A stretch of DNA of 64,000 nucleotides from Verrucomicrobiaceae bacterium (lineage in GTDB: Bacteria; Verrucomicrobiota; Verrucomicrobiia; Verrucomicrobiales; Akkermansiaceae), in NCBI GenBank assembly GCA_051252135.1, contig JBPOGH010000009.1:1-64000 (forward strand), read 5' to 3'. This document shows, in pieces, positions 49,041 to 59,488 of this stretch (its first letter is position 1; the number at the start of each line of letters is the position of its first letter). Below the pieces are notes generated by a model. The model was given only the letters and a program-made list of their open reading frames with translations, did no database searches and was not told where the DNA came from. The position numbers and the translations under genes were made by a program.

Positions 49041-50285
49041 ATGGACCTTCTTCGTTTCACCACTGCCGGCTCTGTCGATGACGGCAAGTCCACCCTGATC
49101 GGCCGTCTCCTTTATGATTCCAAGTCTATTTTTGAGGATCAAATGGAGGCCATTGAAGAATCATCACGCAAAAAGGGAGATGAGAAAGTCAACCTGGCAC
49201 TCCTTACGGATGGGTTGAAGGCCGAGAGGGAACAGGGCATCACCATCGATGTCGCCTATCGCTATTTTGCGACCCCCAAGCGCAAATTTATCATCGCGGA
49301 CACTCCCGGGCATATTCAGTACACGCGGAATATGGTGACGGGCGCATCGACCGCAAATCTCGCCATTATTCTCATCGACGCACGCAAAGGGGTCATTGAG
49401 CAGACGAAGAGGCACACCTTTATCGCAAATCTCCTGAGGATTCAGCATGTGGTGGTCGCAGTGAATAAGATGGATTTGGTCGACTACTCCCAAGAGGTGT
49501 ATGATTCGATCGTAACAGATTACAAAGCTTTCGCCTCGCGGCTGGACAATATTGTCGATATTACGCCAATCCCGATCTCAGCCCTGAACGGTGACAATAT
49601 CGTAAATAAGTCGACCAAGATGGACTGGTTCGAGGGATCCAGCTTACTGTATCATCTGGAGACTGTTTATGTGGGGGGGGATGAGAACCATGTTCAGGCC
49701 CGTTTTCCGGTGCAGTGGGTCGTGAGACCGCAGACTGATGAGTTTCACGACTTCCGGGGATATGCCGGGAGGGTCGCGGGTGGTGTGTTTAAACCCGGAG
49801 ATGAGGTGAAGGTTCTTCCTTCGGGATTTTCGACGAAAATCAAGAAGCTCTACATTAACGATCAGGAGTTAGCCGAAGCCTACGCTCCACAATCAGTTAC
49901 AATGACGCTCGAAAACGATGTCGATCTGTCGAGGGGAGACATGGTTGTTAAGCAAAATAATCCGCCTCATCAGAAGCAGGACATTGAGGCCATGATTTGC
50001 TGGTTCTCGCATACCCCTCTGGCACAGCGTGACAAGTTCATCATTCGGCACACAACGAATGAAACGAAAGTGATTGTTCAGGAGATCAAATACAAAATTG
50101 ATATTAACAATCTGAGAAAAATTGAGGATGATAGTGGGTTCACATTGAACGAGATTGGGCGCGTATCGCTCCGGACAGCCGCGCCCTTGTTTTACGATTC
50201 CTACAACAAGAATCGTCAAACAGGATCATTCATCCTGATCGATCCCAGGACCAATGAAACGGTCGCAGCGGGGATGATTGAGTAA
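49041..50285 (+). CDS. cysN: Sulfate adenylyltransferase subunit 1 (no CysC fusion)
   Basis: GSVDDGKSTLIGRLL, AEREQGITIDVAY, DTPGH, NKMD. Confidence 0.96.
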   Translation: MDLLRFTTAGSVDDGKSTLIGRLLYDSKSIFEDQMEAIEESSRKKGDEKVNLALLTDGLKAEREQGITIDVAYRYFATPKRKFIIADTPGHIQYTRNMVTGASTANLAIILIDARKGVIEQTKRHTFIANLLRIQHVVVAVNKMDLVDYSQEVYDSIVTDYKAFASRLDNIVDITPIPISALNGDNIVNKSTKMDWFEGSSLLYHLETVYVGGDENHVQARFPVQWVVRPQTDEFHDFRGYAGRVAGGVFKPGDEVKVLPSGFSTKIKKLYINDQELAEAYAPQSVTMTLENDVDLSRGDMVVKQNNPPHQKQDIEAMICWFSHTPLAQRDKFIIRHTTNETKVIVQEIKYKIDINNLRKIEDDSGFTLNEIGRVSLRTAAPLFYDSYNKNRQTGSFILIDPRTNETVAAGMIE

Positions 50286-50403
50286 AATTTTTGTATTAGG
50301 CAATACAGAGTTGGGGGGGATTGCACCCGCAGTGCGATTCCTTACCTTTGAGGCAGCGATAAAGCCTTCCGAAGGCTTGGGCAATCCGGAATAAAATCCC
50401 GCT

Positions 50404-51933
50404 ATGCGGGGTTTGCCAATCAACCAGATGGCAGAAAAATCAACAAGTTCTGTTAGGACGATGTATGCCTCCTGGGCACTGCTTGCCAGCGTTACGGTGA
50501 CGTCACTTCTGTCGCTGAAAATTTCTTTTAATTACATAAGTAAAGAGGAGCTGGGGCTCTGGATCCTCATTAGGCAGACCATTGGATATTTGGTCCTATT
50601 GGATTTTGGAATCAGTGGTTCGATAGGCAGAATCCTTTCAAAATCCATCCACGGTGAAGAAGGAGAGGGGCTGGACCGCAAATTGAGTAACATTAGACTT
50701 ATTCTAATCGTTCAGGTTGTGGTCATTGTCCTGCTGGCTTACATCATTGGCGGAAGGCTCGATGGGTGGTTTGAGCTTGGAGACGAGCTTGCAGGAGAGG
50801 GAAGAAAGCTCCTTTACGCGGTCGCAGTGGCCGCCTGTTTCCGGCAGCTTTTCAGGCTCCAGGAAGGGTATCTCTACGCAAAAGACAAATTTTATCTCGT
50901 CTGCACCATTGGGGCGGCGGGGGCCTGGTTTGAGTTGCTATTTCAATGGTTCTTTTATGAGCAGGGGCATGGAATTACCTCTTTGGCGTTTGCCCAAATT
51001 GTCAGCGCCCTGTTCGTGGTGGCGTTACTAATATATCACAGTAACAGACAGGATTTTAAGGGAGGGTTCAGCCTGAGTTTGGTGAGACTGGGGGAGATGA
51101 AAATCATTCTCGGCTATAGCGTGAACATGTTTGTCATTGGGTTTTTCGCCCAGGTTCTGTTTATCAGCCAACCTCTGATTGTGGGGTTCTTACACGGTCT
51201 GGAAGCGACGACCCGATTCAGTATCAACATAAGATCGGGTGGATTTGTGAGATTGTTCTTGGCCCGGATCGTTGAGTCTTTTGTTCCATACTGGCAAATT
51301 AAATATGATAAGGGAGAAATCAAAGCACTCGCAGCCGATTGGGGATCCAAGGTTCAAAGGGTTCTTGCGCTGAGTCTTTTAGGGGGAATTTTCCTGGCGA
51401 TCGGAAACAAGATTTTTGTGCGGATCATCTCCGAGGAAGGGATTTACGTTTCCCAATCCTTCGATGTTTGGAACACCGTGTTCATCATCACCCACGTTTG
51501 GATCGGCATGCTTACCTATCCTTTCATTTTGGCGATGCATGTCCGAACGCGGGCTGTGGTATCGGCAATTCAGGTGGTTGTCGCGTTGTCACTCGCATTC
51601 GTTTTTGGAAATGCGTTTGGCAGTTCAGGTGTCTTGATCGGAATACTATTGGGCATTCTGGGGACCGGGGGCATTTATAATATGCTGCAGTCGCCCCGCT
51701 GCCTCCAGGAATCCGGCAAGTGGCTGGTGATCACTGCCATAAAGCCAAACCTGATAATGATCAGCTGGTTCATAATCGTCATGGTGCATCACGCGTTTAC
51801 CGATATGTCTGCGGTTAAGATCATTATCCAGTGTGTGATGCTGTTGGCCTCTGTTGCCCTGTTCGTGCTATTGAATAAGGATTTTGCGCTGGAGATTTAT
51901 AGGACGCTTACCAGGAGGTTTCGTAAAGCATGA
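50404..51933 (+). CDS. Wzx-like polysaccharide flippase
   Basis: About 12-14 hydrophobic segments; ELGLW...YLVLLDFGI motif; cluster context. Confidence 0.8.
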   Translation: MRGLPINQMAEKSTSSVRTMYASWALLASVTVTSLLSLKISFNYISKEELGLWILIRQTIGYLVLLDFGISGSIGRILSKSIHGEEGEGLDRKLSNIRLILIVQVVVIVLLAYIIGGRLDGWFELGDELAGEGRKLLYAVAVAACFRQLFRLQEGYLYAKDKFYLVCTIGAAGAWFELLFQWFFYEQGHGITSLAFAQIVSALFVVALLIYHSNRQDFKGGFSLSLVRLGEMKIILGYSVNMFVIGFFAQVLFISQPLIVGFLHGLEATTRFSINIRSGGFVRLFLARIVESFVPYWQIKYDKGEIKALAADWGSKVQRVLALSLLGGIFLAIGNKIFVRIISEEGIYVSQSFDVWNTVFIITHVWIGMLTYPFILAMHVRTRAVVSAIQVVVALSLAFVFGNAFGSSGVLIGILLGILGTGGIYNMLQSPRCLQESGKWLVITAIKPNLIMISWFIIVMVHHAFTDMSAVKIIIQCVMLLASVALFVLLNKDFALEIYRTLTRRFRKA

Positions 51934-53807
51934 TGAGAATTCAGACGGAGCAAGCGCCAGTCGAATATCTCCCCTTGTTCGAACCGCTGTTGGGTATTCC
52001 GGGGGTGTCCTGTTACCTGCATGGAAGCAGGGCGGATGGCGTGGTGACGGCATTTTCAGACTTTGACGATCTGATCGTTGTGGATCCGGACATCAGCGGG
52101 TTCTCCCAGACAGCGTTTCAGTCTGCCTTGGCTCAAGTGGAGGCATCGATGTATGCGCGGGATCCTCTGCAGCATCACGGGCATTTTGTTGTTCTCAAAG
52201 AAAGGTTGAATGATTTTGACGGGAGCCCCATCCCGATTCATTTGCTTGGTAAAATATGCCATCTTAATGGGGAGGAAACGATTGAGCTGGAAATTGATGA
52301 AGTGGCTACGGGAGATAGCTTGAGATTTCATCTTCTCCAAACGCTCACCGGAATCTCCTATGATCTTGATGCGCTGGAGTCGGGGAAGATTTCCCTTTAT
52401 CAGTTGAAGTGCATGGTCAGTGCGATTGCCCTTATTCCCCCTCTCTTACTTCAGGTTAGAGGAGAAGTGGTGGATAAAAAGGCAGCGATTGAGGAAGTGG
52501 TCGCGTCACAGATCGAAGGATATGAGGCCATTCTTTGGAGTAGTGAGATACGGAGCACGTGGGGCGATCTCCTAAACTGGAGAGTTTCCCTTCTTGGTCG
52601 GCTGCTTCCACGGGTAGGCAGCACCAAGCTAAGAAAAAGACTGGTGTCCCTTATCAGTCCTCTGGTTGGGGATGAAAATCTTCAAGTTCCTTGTCCTGTC
52701 TCATCAGCACGAAAGCTCATATCCTCGGTAAAGAGTGAGGAGGCTCTTGGTTACCGGGAATATGACAAAGAGGCCTACAAGGCTGGTGTTCTGCGCTTGA
52801 GTGCGACTTTGCGAGACGAGTTTGAAATCGCAGGGATTGGTCAATTCGGAGATATTGGATTCCCGGGAATATCTGATTTGGACGTCATCGTGATTTCCAA
52901 ATCGAATGAGGATATTTCCAGAGTTGCGAAGAGAGCGCAGGAGATTGTGGACGGAGATCGGGACCTGTCGTATTTTATGGAGCCTCACGGCGCGATAGTG
53001 ACCTCTGTCGACGGTGAAAAATACCTCAAACGTCTTCATACACTTTACGGTCTCTCCTTTGATTCCCGGTCCGATGACGTTGATCGGGCGTTGGTCCCCG
53101 ACGATAAACGGCAACATGTGATCGAGATTACCTGGTCCATCTTTGTGCTGAGAAATCTGGCCGACGTGTTGCTTTCTCCCCTCAGTCATTGTTCAAGAAG
53201 CAAGTTTCTGATTGCCAAGAACGCAGCGCAGTCGGTTGAGAATTTTGGAATTTGCGATGACGAAACGGTGTCCATCGAGAAGATCTATAAATTGCGGAAG
53301 TCCTATATTGAGTCTCCCAAGGAATTCAGAACGGGTGATCTGGATGATTTTCTGAGGAGGGCTTTTGCTTTGATTGGAGAGGCTTTGCATTTGTATTCCC
53401 TGAGTAACAGCATTCCGGCTACGGGCTCCCAACTCGTCTGCAAGGATAAGGTGGTTTGGGAAGCCTGTGAGGACGGTCTTTTGAAAGCAGAGCAGACCTC
53501 CCGGGGAGTAACACGGATTTTTGTGTCGAGGAGAATTCTTGGCTTGGTGAATCTTGCGGCCGCCCGATCCCGTGAGACTCCATCGGAATGGGGGGATTAT
53601 CACAAAGATCTTCGTGCGGGTTACAGGTTTCACCGGAATTGCCAGTCCGGATTTCCGTATGTGATTCCGTCCGGAATGATTGTGGATCAATCCGGTGGGG
53701 TGGTATTGGAATTGGCCAAGAGGCTTTATCGCTGGGCCAGGATCGAGTTGCTTCCAGGTCGGGTCCTTCGGAAGCTAAGCATGGAGTGTCAGCTCAACAG
53801 TAAATAG
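51930..53807 (+). CDS. Hypothetical protein with two Pol-beta-type nucleotidyltransferase motifs
   Basis: LHGSRADGVVTAFSDFDDL and QFGDIGFPGISDLDVIV. Confidence 0.65.
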   Translation: MMRIQTEQAPVEYLPLFEPLLGIPGVSCYLHGSRADGVVTAFSDFDDLIVVDPDISGFSQTAFQSALAQVEASMYARDPLQHHGHFVVLKERLNDFDGSPIPIHLLGKICHLNGEETIELEIDEVATGDSLRFHLLQTLTGISYDLDALESGKISLYQLKCMVSAIALIPPLLLQVRGEVVDKKAAIEEVVASQIEGYEAILWSSEIRSTWGDLLNWRVSLLGRLLPRVGSTKLRKRLVSLISPLVGDENLQVPCPVSSARKLISSVKSEEALGYREYDKEAYKAGVLRLSATLRDEFEIAGIGQFGDIGFPGISDLDVIVISKSNEDISRVAKRAQEIVDGDRDLSYFMEPHGAIVTSVDGEKYLKRLHTLYGLSFDSRSDDVDRALVPDDKRQHVIEITWSIFVLRNLADVLLSPLSHCSRSKFLIAKNAAQSVENFGICDDETVSIEKIYKLRKSYIESPKEFRTGDLDDFLRRAFALIGEALHLYSLSNSIPATGSQLVCKDKVVWEACEDGLLKAEQTSRGVTRIFVSRRILGLVNLAAARSRETPSEWGDYHKDLRAGYRFHRNCQSGFPYVIPSGMIVDQSGGVVLELAKRLYRWARIELLPGRVLRKLSMECQLNSK

Positions 53808-53822
53808 AACCTGCGGTATTAA

Positions 53823-55010
53823 ATGAAATCAACCCAGCCAACAAAGCCCCAGCTCCTGGTGTCGGCAGCCCTCAACTGGCACCTGCCTCACACCGCTACC
53901 GGTTTTTTAAAGAGAGGATCACTTGCGGGATATTGGAGCTCCCTCAGTAATCGGTTTGGATTCTCAGATCAGGTATTTCGGAGAGCCTGGCTTTATCATC
54001 TTTTCAAATACCCGACCTATTTTTTGCCGTTCACCAATTTTGAGGAGAATACCCGTTGGACGTTTCTTCCACTGTATGATTGGTGGGTGAGAAGACAAAA
54101 ATTACCCGACGAGTGCAATGTGGTGATGGGGCCGATGGGGTCTTGCACTCCATTGTATGATCTTGCCGATCAGTGCGAGAGACGAATTCTGAAGGTTTTT
54201 GATGCCCCCAACAGTCACCCCTACTCGATGCGGGCCCGGTGGCAGGGGGAGTGTGACGAGTTTGCCGATGGTGCAAAAATTCCGTTTCCCGATTCAACGA
54301 TTGAGAGGATTGCCGATGAGATCAAGCGAGCCGATCTAATCCTTTGTCCGAGTATCTTTGTGAGAGACTCAATGATTGAGAATGGAGTGCCACCGGAGAA
54401 GTGTTTCGTGACGCACTTTGGGGTTAACACCTCCATTTTTCGGCCAAGGAAGTCGTTACCCGAGGTTCCGACATTTGTCTCCGTTGGTAATGTTTGTCTC
54501 AGGAAAGGGCACCAATATCTGTTTAGAGCATTTGAAAAGGTGAGGAAGGAGTATCCCAACGCCAGATTGATTTGCATTGGTGCAGCCCGCCCTGATTTTG
54601 ATATGGAGTGGCCGAGGTGGGAAAACATGGTGGAGTATCATCCATCGCTTCCCCACAGTGAGGTTGCTGAGAAATTGCAGGGGTCAACGGCATTTGTTCT
54701 GGCTTCGGTGGAAGAAGGTTTCGCGAGGGTTCTGTCGGAGGCGATGGCCTGTGCCCTGCCAATTATTGCCACTGCGGAAACCGGTGCCACGACTGTGATG
54801 AAGGACAACGAGGAGGCACTTATTGTTCCTTGTCGTGATGTTGAGGCAATCGAGAAGGCGATGGTGAAGCTCATCGAGGATACCGAACTCAATATGGCGA
54901 TGGGAGAGCGAGCCTACGCGGTGGGTGCGGTGGAAAATACCTGGGATGATTACTCGGGACGCCTCTACGATATTTTTGCTGAAAAGCTGGAAAAATTGAA
55001 CGCTGAGTGA
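53823..55010 (+). CDS. GT4-family glycosyltransferase
   Basis: VGNVCLRKG, SVEEGFARVLSEAMACALPII. Confidence 0.9.
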   Translation: MKSTQPTKPQLLVSAALNWHLPHTATGFLKRGSLAGYWSSLSNRFGFSDQVFRRAWLYHLFKYPTYFLPFTNFEENTRWTFLPLYDWWVRRQKLPDECNVVMGPMGSCTPLYDLADQCERRILKVFDAPNSHPYSMRARWQGECDEFADGAKIPFPDSTIERIADEIKRADLILCPSIFVRDSMIENGVPPEKCFVTHFGVNTSIFRPRKSLPEVPTFVSVGNVCLRKGHQYLFRAFEKVRKEYPNARLICIGAARPDFDMEWPRWENMVEYHPSLPHSEVAEKLQGSTAFVLASVEEGFARVLSEAMACALPIIATAETGATTVMKDNEEALIVPCRDVEAIEKAMVKLIEDTELNMAMGERAYAVGAVENTWDDYSGRLYDIFAEKLEKLNAE

Positions 55011-55603
55011 ATCTCACGTTCTGTTCTATATTGATGATGAAACTGAAGCAAATTCTCTTGCGTGCCCTGAGGTCGATGAACTTGATTCTGGTTCGGATGA
55101 GTGGAGTCAAGTTGGGGGAGAATATCATTCTCAACGGGAGGCCTTTTGTAAAAATCAGGAAAGGTGGCGAGATGGTTTTCGAAGACGGGGTGAGTATTAA
55201 TTCTTCCCGGTGGTCGAATCCGCTCAATACCGAGAAATCGGTATCATTGTTCGCCGGTCCGGAAGGGAAACTTGTGCTGAGGGAGGGTGCGGGAGTTTCC
55301 GGATGTCAGATTATTGCCTACAGCACCGTGAGAGTGGGTAAATCGTCGTTGGTTGGCGCCGGTTCGCTTATTTGTGATTCGAACATGCACGAAGTGCCAT
55401 TGGGCAGTCCCGAAGGGATTCGGGTCGAGCCGATTGAGATCGGTGATTCGGTATTCGTAGGTGCGCGCTGCATCATTTTGAAAGGAGTGACAATTGGCGA
55501 TGGAGCGGTGGTGGCAGCCGGGAGTGTTGTCATTGGCAATGTGGCACCGAATACTCTTGTTGGTGGAAATCCGGCCAAGGTGATCAAGACATTCGAGTCC
55601 TGA
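55007..55603 (+). CDS. Left-handed beta-helix acyltransferase (polysaccharide O-acetyltransferase-like)
   Basis: Hexapeptide repeats, ILKGVTIGDGAVVAAGSVV, GGNPAKVIK. Confidence 0.9.
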   Translation: MNLTFCSILMMKLKQILLRALRSMNLILVRMSGVKLGENIILNGRPFVKIRKGGEMVFEDGVSINSSRWSNPLNTEKSVSLFAGPEGKLVLREGAGVSGCQIIAYSTVRVGKSSLVGAGSLICDSNMHEVPLGSPEGIRVEPIEIGDSVFVGARCIILKGVTIGDGAVVAAGSVVIGNVAPNTLVGGNPAKVIKTFES

Positions 55604-55627
55604 TCAAGATTTTAAACGATACAACGA

Positions 55628-56761
55628 ATGATCAAGGTCGCTATTCTCGCAAATGTCCCGGTTTGGACCCTTCCTGACAAAGAGAGGTTCTTTGAGGCGG
55701 GGCATTATGCCACTTGGCTGGAGACCTTGATTCCAGAATTCGAGGATGTTGACCAGGAAGTGGAACTTCATTGGATCACGATGAGTAAAGTGATCGAGAA
55801 AAGTGAGGTTTTTCGCTCAAGGAACCAGTGGTTTCACGTTGTCCCGAGGAGGAGTCTGGGCATTGCAATGTTGACGGGCCACATTGTTGAAATTTTCAAG
55901 ATTCGTCGAATTTTGGATGAGATCGAACCTGACGTGCTCCATTCCTGGGGGAGTGAGGACGTCTATGGATTGGCCGGGGTGTTCAGCGGGATGGATCGGC
56001 GGATTTTTTCTCTTCAGGGCTGTCTCACCGAGTATCTGAGATTGATAGGAGGCTCTTTCCTTTTTCGTGTCCAAGCATTGTATGAGAAGTTCACGATCCG
56101 GCGTTTTAGCTATGCGACCGCTGAATCGCCCGCGGCGATGACCCTTCTTAAGGAAATCAACCCGCAGATGAAAGTGAAGCTGGTCGACTATGGAGTGAGC
56201 CCGGAGTTCTCGAGCAGGGAGTGGTCTCCCTCCGAGAAGCCTGCAGTTCTTTTTGTGGGAGCTGTCACCCAGCGTAAGGGAATTCAGGATTTGATCGAGG
56301 TCGCGGGGAGAAAAGAACTTGAGGGAATTGAGTTTCGAATTGCGGGTGATGGTGATGCCAAGCCCCACCTGGAGGGAATATCATCAAGTAATGTGAAGTG
56401 GCTGGGAAAGCTGGATCGTGAGACGGTGGGAGAAGAAATGTCCAAAGCTTGGGCTCTTGTGATCCCCACCTACTCGGATACCGGGCCAACAGTTGTCAAA
56501 GAAGCGCGGTTCCAGGGCATTCCCGTCGTCACGACAACCGGGGCAGGTGCCAAGCAATATATCGAGCCATCCGGTGCGGGTGTTGTGGTTGAGCCGGGTG
56601 ATCTGGACGCCCTGGCCCTGGCCGTCCAAGAGATGTGCGAAAGCCGGGAAAAGTGCCTTGAGATCGGCAGACGGGATTGGGATGTGCATCGTGTCGAACT
56701 GCATCCCTCCGAAACAGCGCGAAGGCTTCTTGAGTATTACCAAGAAGTGTCTGAAAATTAG
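55628..56761 (+). CDS. GT4-family glycosyltransferase
   Basis: FVGAVTQRKG, PTYSDTGPTVVKEA..GIPVV. Confidence 0.88.
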   Translation: MIKVAILANVPVWTLPDKERFFEAGHYATWLETLIPEFEDVDQEVELHWITMSKVIEKSEVFRSRNQWFHVVPRRSLGIAMLTGHIVEIFKIRRILDEIEPDVLHSWGSEDVYGLAGVFSGMDRRIFSLQGCLTEYLRLIGGSFLFRVQALYEKFTIRRFSYATAESPAAMTLLKEINPQMKVKLVDYGVSPEFSSREWSPSEKPAVLFVGAVTQRKGIQDLIEVAGRKELEGIEFRIAGDGDAKPHLEGISSSNVKWLGKLDRETVGEEMSKAWALVIPTYSDTGPTVVKEARFQGIPVVTTTGAGAKQYIEPSGAGVVVEPGDLDALALAVQEMCESREKCLEIGRRDWDVHRVELHPSETARRLLEYYQEVSEN

Positions 56762-56806
56762 AAGAAGCAACCATCCCCCGTTTCCACCTACCAATCAATT
56801 TAATCA

Positions 56807-58369
56807 ATGAATCAAAAAAATACACTTACGCTGATCTTCATCTTCTTCGTGGTGGTGGCCGGGTCACTGTTTTTGGGAAAAGCTGCGGGAACCCAGGATG
56901 TTCAAACGTCGGCATTTTTCGTCACTGCGTTGGTGGTCATTGTGGTGTTCCTGGTTCTCGGCCAGAACATTTGGATTCTTATCCCGATTTTTGCGATTTG
57001 GACCGGTAAGGTTACGGTCTTACCGCTGCCCTTTGCGTTGGCGAACCTTGCTGTCGGGTTTGCTGCCGGTGCGTGGTTGCTCTTCCTTGCGACACGGAGG
57101 CAGAAGTGGACGTATCAACCGGTGGGGATCGATGTGTTTCTGGGGTTGTTGCTGGTGGTGTTGGTCATCGGGTGGTTCCGAAATCCGGTTGGTCTCGCCT
57201 CCATCGGTAGTTCGGCCAACGTGGGTGCCAGACCCTATATCGAAGTGATCATCGCCCTAATCGGGTATCTCATGCTTTCGAACCAAAAAGCTTCCCTGGA
57301 GATTGTTTACAAGCTGCCGATTTGGGTCTTGTGGTCAGCTGGAATTCTGGCGATTGGCGGAACCGTTGCGGTCTTGGTTCCGGGAGTGGGGATCATGATG
57401 TATCAGGTGTATTCCGGATTCATGCCCAACGTGGAGAGTCTGCTTGATCCTTATGCCGCAGAATCAGAGTCGATCGGTCGCTCGGGATTCCTGCGGCCGG
57501 TGGCCGGAGGGGCCATTGCCTATATTGGGGCGAGAATTATGCCCCTTAAGTCTCTTACTCCCAACAATTTCAAACTCTTCATGTTGTTGATTTTTGGAAC
57601 GATTTTGAGTCTCGTTTCCGGATACCGAAGTGCGCTCATCGCCGTGGGGTTCTATTTTATCTTCGCCTGCTGGATGTGGGTGGGTTTTCGAGGGGTGCTC
57701 GCCTGTTTGCTCATTGCGATCGCTTCCATGAGCACCATCATCATTATCAACGAGGCGGTTCCCCTCCCCCAGCGTTTGCAGCGACCCCTTTCAATTTTAC
57801 CGGGGAACTGGGACCGGGAGGTTGTTCAAGCGGGTGAAGATAGTAACGAGTGGAGGCTGGAGATGTGGGAGGAAATTCTCACCGGAGATGCCGTCGAGAA
57901 CTGGTGGATTGGTGATGGCTTTGGATTTCCCAAAGAGGACCTTGATTACTTTGGTATTCTGCAGGCGACCGGAGAGATTTCTCCGGAGCAGCTGGCCGAG
58001 TATTATGTGATTACCGGGGGTTTGCACAGTGGTCCGCTCTCGGCCCTCAAGTTCGTGGGGGTCATCGGGTTCATCCTGTATATCTGTATAGCCATCGCGG
58101 TTGCGGTGAAGTTCTTTAAGCTGTGGAAAGGGCTGAGAAGAAGCGGCCTGGATGAGAAGCTGCAAATGACGGTAGGATTCTACACGATCTTTTCGGCTTA
58201 TGTTCCGTTTCAATTCATCTTCATTTTCGGAGCATTTGAAAATGACTTGCCGCGACTGATCATCAGTGTGGGGATGTGGCGGCTGCTTGATAACGTGGTG
58301 AAAGAGACTTATGCCAATGCGGCCCTTGAGGCAGAAGCCGAAGAGGTCTCGGACAGGGGAATGGCTTAG
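56807..58369 (+). CDS. O-antigen polymerase/ligase-like membrane protein (Wzy/WaaL type)
   Basis: Multiple hydrophobic segments; SGYRS, WRLEMW, IGDGFG, LHSG. Confidence 0.78.
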   Translation: MNQKNTLTLIFIFFVVVAGSLFLGKAAGTQDVQTSAFFVTALVVIVVFLVLGQNIWILIPIFAIWTGKVTVLPLPFALANLAVGFAAGAWLLFLATRRQKWTYQPVGIDVFLGLLLVVLVIGWFRNPVGLASIGSSANVGARPYIEVIIALIGYLMLSNQKASLEIVYKLPIWVLWSAGILAIGGTVAVLVPGVGIMMYQVYSGFMPNVESLLDPYAAESESIGRSGFLRPVAGGAIAYIGARIMPLKSLTPNNFKLFMLLIFGTILSLVSGYRSALIAVGFYFIFACWMWVGFRGVLACLLIAIASMSTIIIINEAVPLPQRLQRPLSILPGNWDREVVQAGEDSNEWRLEMWEEILTGDAVENWWIGDGFGFPKEDLDYFGILQATGEISPEQLAEYYVITGGLHSGPLSALKFVGVIGFILYICIAIAVAVKFFKLWKGLRRSGLDEKLQMTVGFYTIFSAYVPFQFIFIFGAFENDLPRLIISVGMWRLLDNVVKETYANAALEAEAEEVSDRGMA

Positions 58370-58675
58370 TGAGATTTCTTTTCAAATGGGTGAGGCTGCA
58401 ATCGTTCTGCGGCGACCTGTTGAAAACCCCCGGAATGCCAGGTGGTTCGGAAAGTGCCGCCAGAAATGACGAAATGTTTCCAGTGGGTTTGATGTACAGA
58501 TGGGAGCGAAAATATCACCGGAGAACCTGCGGTTGATCACTTTTTCGGACAAGCCACCCAGAGGGTCGCAAGTGCGTCCGCAGATTAATTCCTCAGGGAT
58601 ACCGACGGATTGGATCCCATGGAAATGAAAATATATTCAAGAGCCAATTAAGAGAATACGACTAACAAGAAGACT

Positions 58676-59455
58676 ATGAAGACAGTAATTTTAGCAGGCG
58701 GTCTGGGGACACGCCTCAGTGAGGAAACTTCCTTGAAGCCAAAGCCGATGGTGGAAATTGGAGGGAAGCCGATTCTTTGGCACATTTTGAAAATGTACAG
58801 CCAGCACAACATCAACGATTTTGTGATTTGTGCGGGTTACAAGGGCTATGTGATTAAGGAATATTTCGCGAATTATTTCCTGCACATGTCGGATGTGACC
58901 TTTGACATGTCGGGAAATACGATGGAAGTGCACCGGAAGAAGGCCGAGCCATGGAGAGTTACTGTTGTCGATACCGGGGAGGCTACGATGACGGGTGGCC
59001 GTCTCGCGCGCGTCGCGGAGTTTCTCGATCCCGATGAGCCCTTTTGCTTCACCTATGGAGACGGGGTGGGTGATGTGAATATTACCGAGTTGCTTGAGCA
59101 TCATCGAAGCCAAGGGCTCGAGGCGACTTTGACAGCGGTGCAGCCTCCGGGACGTTATGGGGCGTTGGCGATCTCCGAAGGTGGGGTGGTGCAGCAGTTT
59201 CAGGAAAAACCCGAGGGTGATGGAGCGTGGATCAATGGTGGATTCTTCGTTTTGGAACCATCTGTTATTCAGAGGATCAAAGAGGGCGATAGTACGATTT
59301 GGGAGAGGGGTCCTTTGGAAGGTCTTGCTGTTGACCGGCAGCTCTCGGCCTATAAGCACCGCGGATTCTGGAGGCCGATGGATACTCTTAGGGATAAGAT
59401 TCAGCTCGAAGAGATGTGGGACTCCGGAAAGGCGCCCTGGAAGACCTGGGAATAG
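58676..59455 (+). CDS. rfbF: Glucose-1-phosphate cytidylyltransferase
   Basis: LAGGLGTRLSEET..KPKPMVEIG, TMTGGRL, FTYGDG, MDTLRDK. Confidence 0.95.
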   Translation: MKTVILAGGLGTRLSEETSLKPKPMVEIGGKPILWHILKMYSQHNINDFVICAGYKGYVIKEYFANYFLHMSDVTFDMSGNTMEVHRKKAEPWRVTVVDTGEATMTGGRLARVAEFLDPDEPFCFTYGDGVGDVNITELLEHHRSQGLEATLTAVQPPGRYGALAISEGGVVQQFQEKPEGDGAWINGGFFVLEPSVIQRIKEGDSTIWERGPLEGLAVDRQLSAYKHRGFWRPMDTLRDKIQLEEMWDSGKAPWKTWE

Positions 59456-59488
59456 GGTTCGCGAGCGAAACGAAAGACAAACTGCGCT

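Noticed and set aside
58370..58675. Structured RNA (RNase P-like GGAAAGTGCC..AGAAA) in the 306-bp gap
   Set aside because: Only a short motif matches and the other conserved RNase P segments are absent; more likely an internal promoter region. An Rfam scan would settle it.
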